NCBI GenBank assembly: GCA_963775425.1
Contig: CAVZJB010000017.1
Location: forward strand, 96,001-160,000
Direction: 5' to 3'
Length of the DNA: 64,000 bases
DNA from: an uncultured delta proteobacterium
Lineage (GTDB): Bacteria; Myxococcota; UBA727; VGSZ01
Positions 29,512 through 38,373 of this stretch are shown here, in pieces. Under the pieces are notes generated by a model that searched no databases, was not told the DNA's origin, and worked only from the letters and a program-made list of their open reading frames with translations. Within the stretch, counting starts at the first letter, position 1. Each line of letters begins with the position of its first letter. A program made the position numbers and the translations under genes.

Positions 29512-31083
29512 CTAACCGTCGACTTTGACCGGGCGCAGCGGGCGCCGGCGGCGCCACCACCACACGACCGACAGCGCGAGGACAGCCGGGAACGCGCCTT
29601 GCGCCGGCGTCGTCGCGCAGCCGCAGCCGGTGTCCGCCGGGGGCGGCGCGGGCGGCTGCGCGTCACCCGCCAGCGCCTTGGCCGGCTGCACCAGGCCGAA
29701 GCCATAGAAGGTGTCGTGGCCGGCGGCGTCGGGCGTCGCGAACACCGACTGCTTCGCGCTGGCCGTGATGCGGGCGTTCACCTCGTCGGCCGTGAGCCCC
29801 GGCTCGTGTCCGAGCAGCAGCCCCGCGACGCCCGCCACGAGCGGGCACGCCGACGACGTGCCGCCGAAGGTGGTGGTGACGTCGCCGGGGTCGAGGCCGT
29901 CGGGGCCGGAGATGTCCGTGGTGAGCGTGCCGGTGGGGGCGACCACGTCGACGGAGTTGCCGCCGTTGGAAAACTGCGTGAGCTCGCCGAGGTTGTTGAC
30001 CGCGCCGACGCCGAGCACGCCGGGCACCGCGAGCAGCTCGTCGTCGGCGATGACGCGATCGTCGTTGCCCGAGGCGAACACCACCACCGCGCCCTTGCCG
30101 TTGCGGCCGTGCTGCTGCACCTGCACGATGGAGTCCTTGAGCGGGGTGGGGACCGGGATGGCGTCGACGAAGCCCCACGAGTTGGACACGATGTCGACCT
30201 CCTGCTCGAAGGCGAAACCGTAGGTCTGCACGTCGCTGTCGAGGGTGACGGGCTCGTCGGCGGCGGGCAGCAGGCGCGCGCAGCGCAGGCGGCACTCGGG
30301 GCACGTGCCGGCGATGTCGACGTCGTTGTCGGTGACGGCGCCGATGAGGCCGGCGCAGGCGGTGCCGTGCTCGTTGCCGTCGGCGTTCGGGACGTACGAG
30401 GGATCGCCGTCGTTTTCGAACGGGTCGAAGCCCGGGTCCATCTTGGACGCGAGATCGGGGTGCTGCATGTCGCAGCCGTTGTCGGCGACGAGCACGGTGA
30501 CGTCGGAGGAACCGGTGGAGACCGCCCACGCATCCTCGATGTCGATCTCGTCGAAGTAGAACTGACCGGGGTAGCGTGGATCGTTGGGCGGCACGTCGAC
30601 GGAGAGCGGCCGCTGCCGGAAGGCGAGGTCGGGGTACGCCTCGACGCCCTGGTGCATGAGGCGCTCGGCGAGGGCGGCGGCGTCCTCGCCCGGGCGGGTG
30701 GACTTCACCAGGCGCATGTCGAGCGCCGCGAAGATCTCGCGCACCGGCAGCGCGTCCGCGGGGACGGCCCCGCGCACGATGACGCTCGCGCCGATGCGCA
30801 CCGGGGCCGTTCGCCCCGTCAGCGGGTCGAGGAACATGCCCTCGACCGGGCTCTCGTCGGTGCCGACGTCGTCGACGACGCGGCGCACCAGGCGGACGGC
30901 GCCGCCGTCGCGGAAAGCGAAGCAGCGCGCGCCCTCGACCTCGCACGCGGCGACCACCCCGGGCGCGGCCTCGATGCGCGCGCCGCCCGCGACGACGACG
31001 GCGGCGCTCGCGGGAGCGACGAGGTCGGGCGCTTCACCGATGGCAGCGTGTGAGATCGCGATCACGACGAGCGACGAGAGCAT
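29512..31083 (-). CDS. S8 (subtilisin-like) serine protease with MYXO-CTERM-like anchor
   Basis: Catalytic motifs VADNG, HGTACAG, GTSSACP; oxyanion ASGND; C-terminus GCGC-hydrophobic-RRRR. Confidence 0.93.
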   Translation of the reverse strand: MLSSLVVIAISHAAIGEAPDLVAPASAAVVVAGGARIEAAPGVVAACEVEGARCFAFRDGGAVRLVRRVVDDVGTDESPVEGMFLDPLTGRTAPVRIGASVIVRGAVPADALPVREIFAALDMRLVKSTRPGEDAAALAERLMHQGVEAYPDLAFRQRPLSVDVPPNDPRYPGQFYFDEIDIEDAWAVSTGSSDVTVLVADNGCDMQHPDLASKMDPGFDPFENDGDPSYVPNADGNEHGTACAGLIGAVTDNDVDIAGTCPECRLRCARLLPAADEPVTLDSDVQTYGFAFEQEVDIVSNSWGFVDAIPVPTPLKDSIVQVQQHGRNGKGAVVVFASGNDDRVIADDELLAVPGVLGVGAVNNLGELTQFSNGGNSVDVVAPTGTLTTDISGPDGLDPGDVTTTFGGTSSACPLVAGVAGLLLGHEPGLTADEVNARITASAKQSVFATPDAAGHDTFYGFGLVQPAKALAGDAQPPAPPPADTGCGCATTPAQGAFPAVLALSVVWWWRRRRPLRPVKVDG

Positions 31084-31128
31084 CGGACCCCACTGTACCC
31101 CGCGCGTCGGCCGGCTACACTCGGGCGC

Positions 31129-32379
31129 ATGGCACGCTCCCGCGAGGCCGTTTCATGGGGGGCGCCGGCATGGCTGGCGCGGCGCCCGGTCGCCGTCGGC
31201 CCGGTCGCTGTCGCCCTCGTCGCCGTCGGCCTCGTCGTCGCGGGGGCCGCCGGCTGCGAGAGGCCGCCGGTGGGGCCGCCGCCGACGGAGCCGCCGCAAG
31301 AGGGGCGCGTCGGGCCGGTGGCCTTCGAGACCTTCGTCCAGGACCGGCCGGCCATCGCGGGCAAGTGGTACGACTACAACCCCGACGGCCACACGCTCGA
31401 TCCCAAGCCCCAGGCGTGGATCGTCCGCGACACCGACCCCGACACCGGCGCCGCCCGCTTCGCCTCCTTCCGCGTCGTGTCCATCTACGACGCCGACACC
31501 GCCGACAGCGGCGTGTTCACCCTCGCGACCGCCACCTGGGACGGCGCCGCCTGGGGCGCCGAGTCGTCGTGGACCGCTTCGAAGAACATCAAGCTCGAGG
31601 GCCCGGTGTGCCTCGACCTCTTCGGCGACGTCGAAGCGGACTGCGCGTCGGACGCGTGGCAGGTGCGCTTCGCCATCTTCCAGTACTTCTCCCCGCTCGC
31701 CGGCATCGCCGTCGCCGACCCGGGCATCTTCGTGCGCAGCGTCGACGGCACCGACGCCTTCGGCGACGTCCGCATCGCCCGCGAAGACGGCGTCACCGCC
31801 CTCGCCGACCTCCCCGACCCCTCGGCCCTGGGCAACCTCGAGGACGCGCCGCCGCCTGCCTACGACGGCACCGACTGGGACTTCGGCAAGCTCGGGCCGG
31901 ACCTCCCGCGCGCGGGCATGGCCCTCGGCTCGCGCTTCGTCGACGACGGCTTCACCGGGCGCGACGACGTGTGGTGGCTCATGAGCTTCCGCTACGAGCT
32001 CGCCCGCCTGCAGGTGCGCCCCGTGGCCGACGGCGATCCCTCGAAGGGCCTGCGCTTCACGTTCGCGAGCGTCGCCATGGAGCGCAGCGACTCCAGCATC
32101 CCCGACACCTTCCCCGAAGCGCACAGCGTCGACGTCCCGCTGCCCGCCGTGGGCGACGCCTCGTGGCTCACGCTCACCACGCCGGACCTGCAGCTCGCCG
32201 CCGCGGACCTCGACGGCGCCTCCTATCCGTTCGCGCCGCCGAAGACCACCAGGTGGGACTTCGCCATCGAGCGCCCGGCCGACGGCGACGTCCGCCTGCT
32301 CCTCTCGCCGTCTGCCTGCACCCTGAACGCAACGCAGCTCGGCATCGACGAAGACGTGCCCCCTGTGGACTCCCCATGA
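31129..32379 (+). CDS. Lipoprotein with HmuY-like motifs
   Basis: Lipobox AAGC; KWYDYNPDGHTLDPK...FRVVSIYD and RWDFAIER resemble HmuY segments. Confidence 0.55.
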   Translation: MARSREAVSWGAPAWLARRPVAVGPVAVALVAVGLVVAGAAGCERPPVGPPPTEPPQEGRVGPVAFETFVQDRPAIAGKWYDYNPDGHTLDPKPQAWIVRDTDPDTGAARFASFRVVSIYDADTADSGVFTLATATWDGAAWGAESSWTASKNIKLEGPVCLDLFGDVEADCASDAWQVRFAIFQYFSPLAGIAVADPGIFVRSVDGTDAFGDVRIAREDGVTALADLPDPSALGNLEDAPPPAYDGTDWDFGKLGPDLPRAGMALGSRFVDDGFTGRDDVWWLMSFRYELARLQVRPVADGDPSKGLRFTFASVAMERSDSSIPDTFPEAHSVDVPLPAVGDASWLTLTTPDLQLAAADLDGASYPFAPPKTTRWDFAIERPADGDVRLLLSPSACTLNATQLGIDEDVPPVDSP

Positions 32380-33194
32380 GGCTCTCCATGAACCGCTCGC
32401 TCATCGCCCCGTTCGTCCGTTTCCTGTCCCGCCGCAGCGCCGGCGTCGTCGTCGTCGCCGCCGTCGCCGCGCTGTCGGGGTGCCCGCCGCCGGAGGAGCA
32501 GCCGCCGCCGGACAACACCATCTCCCCCGCGTGCACCGAGCCCACCGAGGTCGTCTGTCGCGACGCCAACACCGAGCAGACGCTCGACATGAACCCCAAC
32601 GACGTCACCGCCGGAGTCATCACCGACGAGGACAAGGGCGACCGCTTCCACGCGCACATCGACGCCAGCGTCGGCGGCATCGGCGGCACCGGTTACGTCT
32701 ACGCCAAGTTCACCGACACCGGGCTCGAGCGCGTCGACATCACCGACGACGAGTCCTTCGACTCCATGGATTGGGACATCGCGTTCCACCGCTTCGTCAT
32801 CCGCCTCAACAGCGGCACCGGCGGGCCCTCGTGCGTCACCGCGGCGCGCACGGCCCCGGACACGGACTTCGCGTCGCTCGACAGCGTCGATGACAACCTC
32901 GAGTTCCACGCCGAGGCCTTCATGTCGCAAGACGGCTGCACCATCATCCCCGACGGCTCCGGCATCGGCGCGCCGGGGACGGTGTTGCAGAACTTCTGGG
33001 AGTACTCGACCCAGCAGTGCCTGCAGATGACGGGCTTCGTCTACGTCGTCGAGCTCGCCGACGGCCACCACATCAAGCTCACGGTGACCAACTTCTACGA
33101 CGACGCCGCGCAGGCCGAGTGCCAGACCGACGGCACGCTCGCCGCGAGCCACCAGTCCGCGCAGATCCAGCTCGACTGGGCGCCCCTCGACTGA
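32376..33194 (+). CDS. HmuY-family heme-binding lipoprotein
   Basis: Lipobox LSGC; YVYAKF, WDIAFHRFVIRLNSG, VYVVELADGHHIKLTVTNFY; ATGA overlap with the upstream gene. Confidence 0.8.
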   Translation: MRLSMNRSLIAPFVRFLSRRSAGVVVVAAVAALSGCPPPEEQPPPDNTISPACTEPTEVVCRDANTEQTLDMNPNDVTAGVITDEDKGDRFHAHIDASVGGIGGTGYVYAKFTDTGLERVDITDDESFDSMDWDIAFHRFVIRLNSGTGGPSCVTAARTAPDTDFASLDSVDDNLEFHAEAFMSQDGCTIIPDGSGIGAPGTVLQNFWEYSTQQCLQMTGFVYVVELADGHHIKLTVTNFYDDAAQAECQTDGTLAASHQSAQIQLDWAPLD

Positions 33195-33197
33195 CCC

Positions 33198-34571
33198 GTG
33201 CTGCCGCTCGCCATCCTCACTCTTATCGCAGGCCGCCCCGACGACGCCGCCGGGGACGTCTTCGAGTTCGAGCCCGGCGACGTCGTCGAGACCTTCGACA
33301 GCGGCACCGGCCGCTTCGAGGTGCACTACACGCGCGCGGGCAAAAACGCGGTCCCCGCCGCCGACGCCGACGCCGACGGCGTCCCCGACCACGTGCAGGA
33401 CGTCGCCGCCATATACGACGACGTCCTCGACACCTACCTCGCCATGGGCTTCCGCGCGCCCCTCGACGACGGCGACGGCGTCTTCGACGTCTACCTCGTC
33501 GACACCGACTTCTCCGCCGACGGCCACTTCCAGTCGGAGACCTGCGACGGCGACAACCGCTGCAGCGGCTACATGGTGCAGGAGAACGACTTCGCCGGCT
33601 TCCCGTACCCGAGCGTCGACTACGCCAACCGCCTGCTCGCGAGCCACGAGTTCTTCCACGCCGTGCAGGCCGCGTACGACGCCGACCAGGGTTCGATCAT
33701 CGCGGAGGGCACGGCGGTCTGGGCCAGCGAGCACTACGACAGCGGCCTCGACGACCTCGAGCTGTTCGCCTCCGACTTCCTCGACAACGCCGACCGCGGC
33801 CTCACCGGCGACGGCGGCGGTCCCGTTGATCCGTTCACGTACGGCTCCGCGGTGTTCTGGGAATTCCTGTCGCAGCGCCACGGCGTCGACGTCATCCGTT
33901 CCCTCTGGGAGGCCTGCGACGACGGCAGCGACGCGCACTGGACAGACCGCATCGACGACGTCGTCACCGCCGCCGGCGGCACAGGCTTCGCCGACGACCT
34001 GCAGGCCTTCGCGCTCGCCGCGCTGTCGCTCGGGCCGCGCGCGGATCCCGCCAAGGGCTTCAGCGACGCCGCCGCGCTGCCCGCGCCCGTGCTCCGCAAC
34101 GAGGACGAGCCGTTTTCGCGCGCGAGCTTCGTGCTGTTCCCCGCGTCGTACGTGACGTTCTCCATCCAGGCCTCGGGCCCGGTGCGCGCGGCCATCGCCG
34201 GCGAGACGGGCGACGCGCGGCTCGCCCTCGTGCCGCTCTTCGCCGACGCCGCGGGGGATCCGCTGGGCGACGGCGCCCTCGACGTCACCGACGACACCGG
34301 CGGCCACGTCGCCGTCCAGATCGTGAACGGCTCGTTGACCGACGCCGTGCGCCCGCGCGTGTGCATCGGCGCGCCCGCCGACGTCGACGCCTGCCTGGCA
34401 CAAGACGAGGAGCCCCCGCCGATCGGGGTGAACCCGGTGGCGCCCGAAGGCTGCTCGTGCGGGGCCGCGGCGCAGCCGGAGCTGCCCGCGGCCCTCGCGT
34501 TCCTCTGGTTGTTGTCGTCGGCCGCGCCCCAATCCCGCGCGCGACGCGCTCAGAACCGGTCATCGACGTAG
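33198..34571 (+). CDS. Surface zinc metalloprotease (MXAN_6640-like) with MYXO-CTERM-like tail
   Basis: FEVHYT, DADADGVPD, HEFFHAVQ, downstream EGTAVW; C-terminus GCSC-hydrophobic-basic. Confidence 0.8.
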   Translation: MLPLAILTLIAGRPDDAAGDVFEFEPGDVVETFDSGTGRFEVHYTRAGKNAVPAADADADGVPDHVQDVAAIYDDVLDTYLAMGFRAPLDDGDGVFDVYLVDTDFSADGHFQSETCDGDNRCSGYMVQENDFAGFPYPSVDYANRLLASHEFFHAVQAAYDADQGSIIAEGTAVWASEHYDSGLDDLELFASDFLDNADRGLTGDGGGPVDPFTYGSAVFWEFLSQRHGVDVIRSLWEACDDGSDAHWTDRIDDVVTAAGGTGFADDLQAFALAALSLGPRADPAKGFSDAAALPAPVLRNEDEPFSRASFVLFPASYVTFSIQASGPVRAAIAGETGDARLALVPLFADAAGDPLGDGALDVTDDTGGHVAVQIVNGSLTDAVRPRVCIGAPADVDACLAQDEEPPPIGVNPVAPEGCSCGAAAQPELPAALAFLWLLSSAAPQSRARRAQNRSST

Positions 34572-35155
34572 ACGCGCTCGGCCTTGGTGCGCTCGCCGAC
34601 GGCGCGCACGTGCTCGGCGGTCTTCTTCATCCACGCGTTGCGGCAGCGGACAGAGCAGTACTTGCCGGCGCCGCGGCGGAGCTGGTGGGTCTGCGCGCGG
34701 AAGGGCTCGTCGCACCAGGCGCACACGCGGAGCATCGACTTGCCAAGCTCCTCGAGGGCGCAGGCGCGGCAACGCCAGATCACCGAGAAGGGGTCGGTGG
34801 CCACGGCGAACTTCGCCTGCATCTCGCGCGTGGGCACGACCTTGCCGCAGGTCGGGCACGCGCCGGGCTTCTCCAGCGCGCCCTTGTCGACGAGGCGGGC
34901 GAGCTGGGCGAAGACGCGGCGGCGCTGCCTCCAGTCCTCGTCGCCCGCGAGGATCTCCTTGCGGCGCCGCGACTGGTCGGCGGACTTGCAGGCCTTGCAC
35001 CAGGCCGAGAGCCCGTCGCGCTTGCGCTTCTCGTGGTTGTAGCTCTCGCGGGTCTTTTCGATGCCGCAGCGGGCACAGCGCTTCACGGCCGCCACGGGGG
35101 CGACGGCGACGCCGTTGTCGGTGCAGATCATCAAAGCGGTGTCGTTGCGGTTCAT
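34550..35155 (-). CDS. Multi-CxxC zinc-finger protein resembling phage-type DNA-binding/degenerate HNH proteins
   Basis: CARC, CKAC, CPTC, CRAC, CAWC, YCSVRC; GGAGG RBS. Confidence 0.65.
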   Translation of the reverse strand: MNRNDTALMICTDNGVAVAPVAAVKRCARCGIEKTRESYNHEKRKRDGLSAWCKACKSADQSRRRKEILAGDEDWRQRRRVFAQLARLVDKGALEKPGACPTCGKVVPTREMQAKFAVATDPFSVIWRCRACALEELGKSMLRVCAWCDEPFRAQTHQLRRGAGKYCSVRCRNAWMKKTAEHVRAVGERTKAERVYVDDRF

Positions 35156-35583
35156 GGTGCACCTCCGGGAGGGGGCGGTGCACCGACGACGAGGAGGTCA
35201 GCGCACCGGTGTTGGTTCGAGTCCTGCTGAACCCATGTGGGCTCCTCCTGTGGAGCCCCGTAGACGGCGCCGGCCCACGTTCGATTCACCGCCCCGGTTC
35301 GGGAGACCGGCTCGGCCCATGAGGTCTCCCGACGCTCCGCTGGAGCCGCCGCCGCTGAGCGCAAAGGGCGACGAGCAATGTGATCCATCGGCAAGGCGCG
35401 GGACGGCCCGAACCCGCCACGTGCGCTGATAGCGGGATCACAACACGGCTCGGACCCGCCGTTTCCTCACAACCTGCAGCGGTTCTTGCGCGCCGACGTA
35501 CCTCGATGCGTACGCCGCGCGGCGAGCCACCTTGTGGGCGGCATCGCCGAGTGCCGCTACGAGCCTTGTTTTTCGTCTGCCTT

Positions 35584-36900
35584 TCAGCCGAGGCCGTCGA
35601 GCCACTCCTTGACGACGTCGCCGCGGGGCTCGCCGTCCTCGACGAAGGGCCAGCGCTCCCAGCCCGCCGGCCACGTGACCTTGTCGCGCGTGAAGCGCAG
35701 CGCGTCGCCCGCGGGCCACGGGGCGTCGAGGTCCTCGACGATGAGCTTGAACACGCCGTTGTCGAACGGCTCGCCGATCGCCATGAGCTTCGGCACCACG
35801 CGCTCGCGCTTGCCGCGCTTTTGCATCTCGAGCGCGCGGTGGTGGCAGTAGGGGTTGTTGCCGCGCTTGTCGAAGAAGACATGCGCCGTCCACGAGCAGC
35901 CGCCGCGACACAGCCTGTGGTGGTCGCAGGTCTTGCAGAAGCCCCAGAGGTGCTTTTCGCCCTCCTTGGTGCCCCCGCCCATGTTCATGAGCAGCTCGCG
36001 CGTCTCGAGGATCTCGGCCAGCGGCCGCTCGCGGATGTTGCCGCCCGTGTACGCCTTGGTCGGCAGCGACGGGCACCCCTTGATGGCGCCGTCGGCCTCG
36101 ATGCCGAGCGCGTACAGACCCGCCTGGCAGCCCATCCACATGGCGTTTTCGTCGCCGGGCGCCGAGCGCAGGAGGTTTTCGTAGGGGCCGTAGTAGCCGA
36201 TGTTGTTGCCGCACAGGACGGTGACGCCGTCGGCGTTGGCGCGGCGCACCACGCGCGCGAGCACCGGGTAGACCTCGAGGAGCTCGCACGGCTGCAAGAG
36301 CCACGCGGCGTTGTCGGCGGCGTTGCCCATGGGGACGGTGAGCTGGAGCTGCCACCCCGACGAGCCCGCGTCGCGCACGGCCTCGAGGATGCGGGGCAGC
36401 TCGGGCGCCGACAGCCGGTTGATCTGCGTGTTGGTCCCGAACAGCACGCCCGCGGCGGCCATGTTCTCCATCGACTTGAAGGCCGCGCGAAACGCACCCT
36501 TCTTGCCCCGCTGGAAGTCGTGCGTGTCCTCGAGCCCGTCGATGCTCACCGAGACGCGCACGATGCCCGCGTCTTTCATGCGGCGCGCCGTCTGTTGCGA
36601 GATGCCGTAGCCGCCCGTGGTCATGGTGCAGACCATGCCGCTCGCGTTGATCTCCTTCGCGAGCTCGAGCCAGTCGGGGCGGAGGAACGCCTCGCCGCCG
36701 ATCATCGTCACCTCACCGATGCCGCACGCGGCCATCTGGTGGATCAGGTCCTTGGCCTCGTCGGTGGACAGCTCGTTTTCGCGGGCGTCGCCGGCGCGGG
36801 AGCCGCAGTGGCCGCAGGCGAGGTTGCACGCGAGCGTGATCTCCCAGACGGCGTAGCTCTTGCGCCGGTATCCGACGATCTTTTCGGGGACCTCGGCCAT
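35584..36900 (-). CDS. Radical SAM/SPASM peptide/protein maturase, PlpX (splicease; nif11-class rSAM maturase 3)-like
   Basis: YAVWEITLACNLACGHCGSRAG (CxxxCxxC), GGEAFLRPDW, WQLQLTVPMG, GNNIGYYGPYE, GCQAG...GIEADGAIKGCPSLP, CKTC...CRGGC...NNPYCHHR; GAGGAG RBS. Confidence 0.9.
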   Translation of the reverse strand: MAEVPEKIVGYRRKSYAVWEITLACNLACGHCGSRAGDARENELSTDEAKDLIHQMAACGIGEVTMIGGEAFLRPDWLELAKEINASGMVCTMTTGGYGISQQTARRMKDAGIVRVSVSIDGLEDTHDFQRGKKGAFRAAFKSMENMAAAGVLFGTNTQINRLSAPELPRILEAVRDAGSSGWQLQLTVPMGNAADNAAWLLQPCELLEVYPVLARVVRRANADGVTVLCGNNIGYYGPYENLLRSAPGDENAMWMGCQAGLYALGIEADGAIKGCPSLPTKAYTGGNIRERPLAEILETRELLMNMGGGTKEGEKHLWGFCKTCDHHRLCRGGCSWTAHVFFDKRGNNPYCHHRALEMQKRGKRERVVPKLMAIGEPFDNGVFKLIVEDLDAPWPAGDALRFTRDKVTWPAGWERWPFVEDGEPRGDVVKEWLDGLG

Positions 36901-36981
36901 CAATCTCCTCTCGCGCGCGCGCTCGACCCGGGCGGCGGACGGCCCCCGCGCCACGTCGAGCGCGCCACGTCGAGCGCAGGG

Positions 36982-38373
36982 TCAGAAGTCGAGGTGCGCG
37001 TATTGCGTGAGACCGGCGAAGCCGCCGGTGCGCCGGATCCACGCGTTGTCCACCGTGTTCGGGTCCGCGGTGGACGCCGTCGGCGACAGCGCGCCCACCG
37101 GGATGAGCGCGGTGTAGCTGAAGCCGTCGGGGTGGTTTTCGTTCTTGAGCGGGACCTCGACCATGCGCGCGCCGAGCGGGAACCCGGCCTGCCAGGTGAG
37201 CTTGCCTGCGCCTTCGGCCGTCTCGAGCGCGCCGACGATGTGCTCGCGGCGGGCCTCGGTGACCTTCAGGCCGTCGCCGCCGGCCTTGTTCAAGAAGGCC
37301 TGGAGCCTGGTCTTGGCGTCGGCGTCGAAGCGCTCCGGGATCTCGTCGAGCAGGCGGTTGAGGTCCGCGCGCTCGGTCTTGCTCAGACCGCCGTTTTGCA
37401 TCGCCGCCTTGGTGAGGCTGTCCACCTCGGCCGCCGTGATGTGGCAATCGTTGAGGATGTCCTTGGCCGCGTCCTTGAGGTTCTTGCTCTTCAGATCGGG
37501 CAGCGGGATGGGCATCACCAGGCCGTACAGCGGCCGGATCACGGGCTCGCGCCCGATGGCCTGTCCGAGGCGGTGATGCGCCGCGGGCTCCATGAACGAC
37601 GAGAGCTGGTCGTAGACCTTCTCGAGGTCGGCGCGCTCGGTGCGGCTGAGGCCGCCGTTGTCGTTGGCGAGGTCGATGAGCTTGTTGACCTCGTCGAGCG
37701 TGATGCGGCGGTCGCCGATCATGGGCGCGAGGGCCTGCTTGAGGTCCTTGTTGCGCATGCCGTCCGGGATGGGCACCGGGAACACGAGCCCGTACAGCGG
37801 GCGGATCACGGGGTCGGGCATCGGCTTTTGGTCCTTCACGAAGGACTGCAGCGTACGCAGCGCGTCGGCGTCGAAGAACTGGCCGCAGTCGTCCATGAGC
37901 TTGTTGAGGTCGCGCTTCTCGGTCTTGGAGATGACGCCGTTTTCCTTGGCGATGCCGATGAGCGTGCTCACCTCGGCGAGGGTGATGCGGCGATCGCCGA
38001 GCATGCCCTTCACGGCCGCCTCGAGGTGCTTGCCCTTGAGGCCCGGGTCGAGCGGCAGCGGCACGGGCAGGCCGTACATCGGCCGGACGATCATGCGGTC
38101 GCCGAGGCCGCCGGCGCGCAGGCCCGCGACCTGCTGCGACGCGCGCGCGGCGCGCTTGAAGTCCTCGGTGCTCGCCCACCCGGAGCGCGGGAGCTGCGCC
38201 GCGGGCTTCTCGGCCTTGCCCTTGGTGGTCCCGCCGAAGCGGTCGGCCTTGGCCTTTTGGCCCTTCGACGCCTTGGGGGCGCTCTTTTGCGCCGTCTTGG
38301 CGGCGGTCTTGCTCTTGGCGACGCTGCCGGTGGCGCGGCCGCCGACCTTCTTGCTGGTGCTCTTGACCTTCAT
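36982..38373 (-). CDS. 463-aa repeat protein with three RP[M/L]YGL motifs; putative splicease substrate
   Basis: GGAGG RBS, ATG at 38373; Lys/Ala-rich N-tail; three ~90-aa repeats (YG motif + Pro-rich segment + helical module); C-terminal domain ending RRTGGFAGLTQYAHLDF. Confidence 0.8.
   Translation of the reverse strand: MKVKSTSKKVGGRATGSVAKSKTAAKTAQKSAPKASKGQKAKADRFGGTTKGKAEKPAAQLPRSGWASTEDFKRAARASQQVAGLRAGGLGDRMIVRPMYGLPVPLPLDPGLKGKHLEAAVKGMLGDRRITLAEVSTLIGIAKENGVISKTEKRDLNKLMDDCGQFFDADALRTLQSFVKDQKPMPDPVIRPLYGLVFPVPIPDGMRNKDLKQALAPMIGDRRITLDEVNKLIDLANDNGGLSRTERADLEKVYDQLSSFMEPAAHHRLGQAIGREPVIRPLYGLVMPIPLPDLKSKNLKDAAKDILNDCHITAAEVDSLTKAAMQNGGLSKTERADLNRLLDEIPERFDADAKTRLQAFLNKAGGDGLKVTEARREHIVGALETAEGAGKLTWQAGFPLGARMVEVPLKNENHPDGFSYTALIPVGALSPTASTADPNTVDNAWIRRTGGFAGLTQYAHLDF

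Noticed and set aside
35205-35236. tRNA-like GGTTCGAGTCC...CCCA
   Set aside because: No matching acceptor 5' strand, D-arm or anticodon arm, so not called as a tRNA
36947-36977. 14-bp tandem duplication CGCGCCACGTCGAG between the substrate and rSAM genes
   Set aside because: Only two copies in GC-rich DNA; no evidence of function
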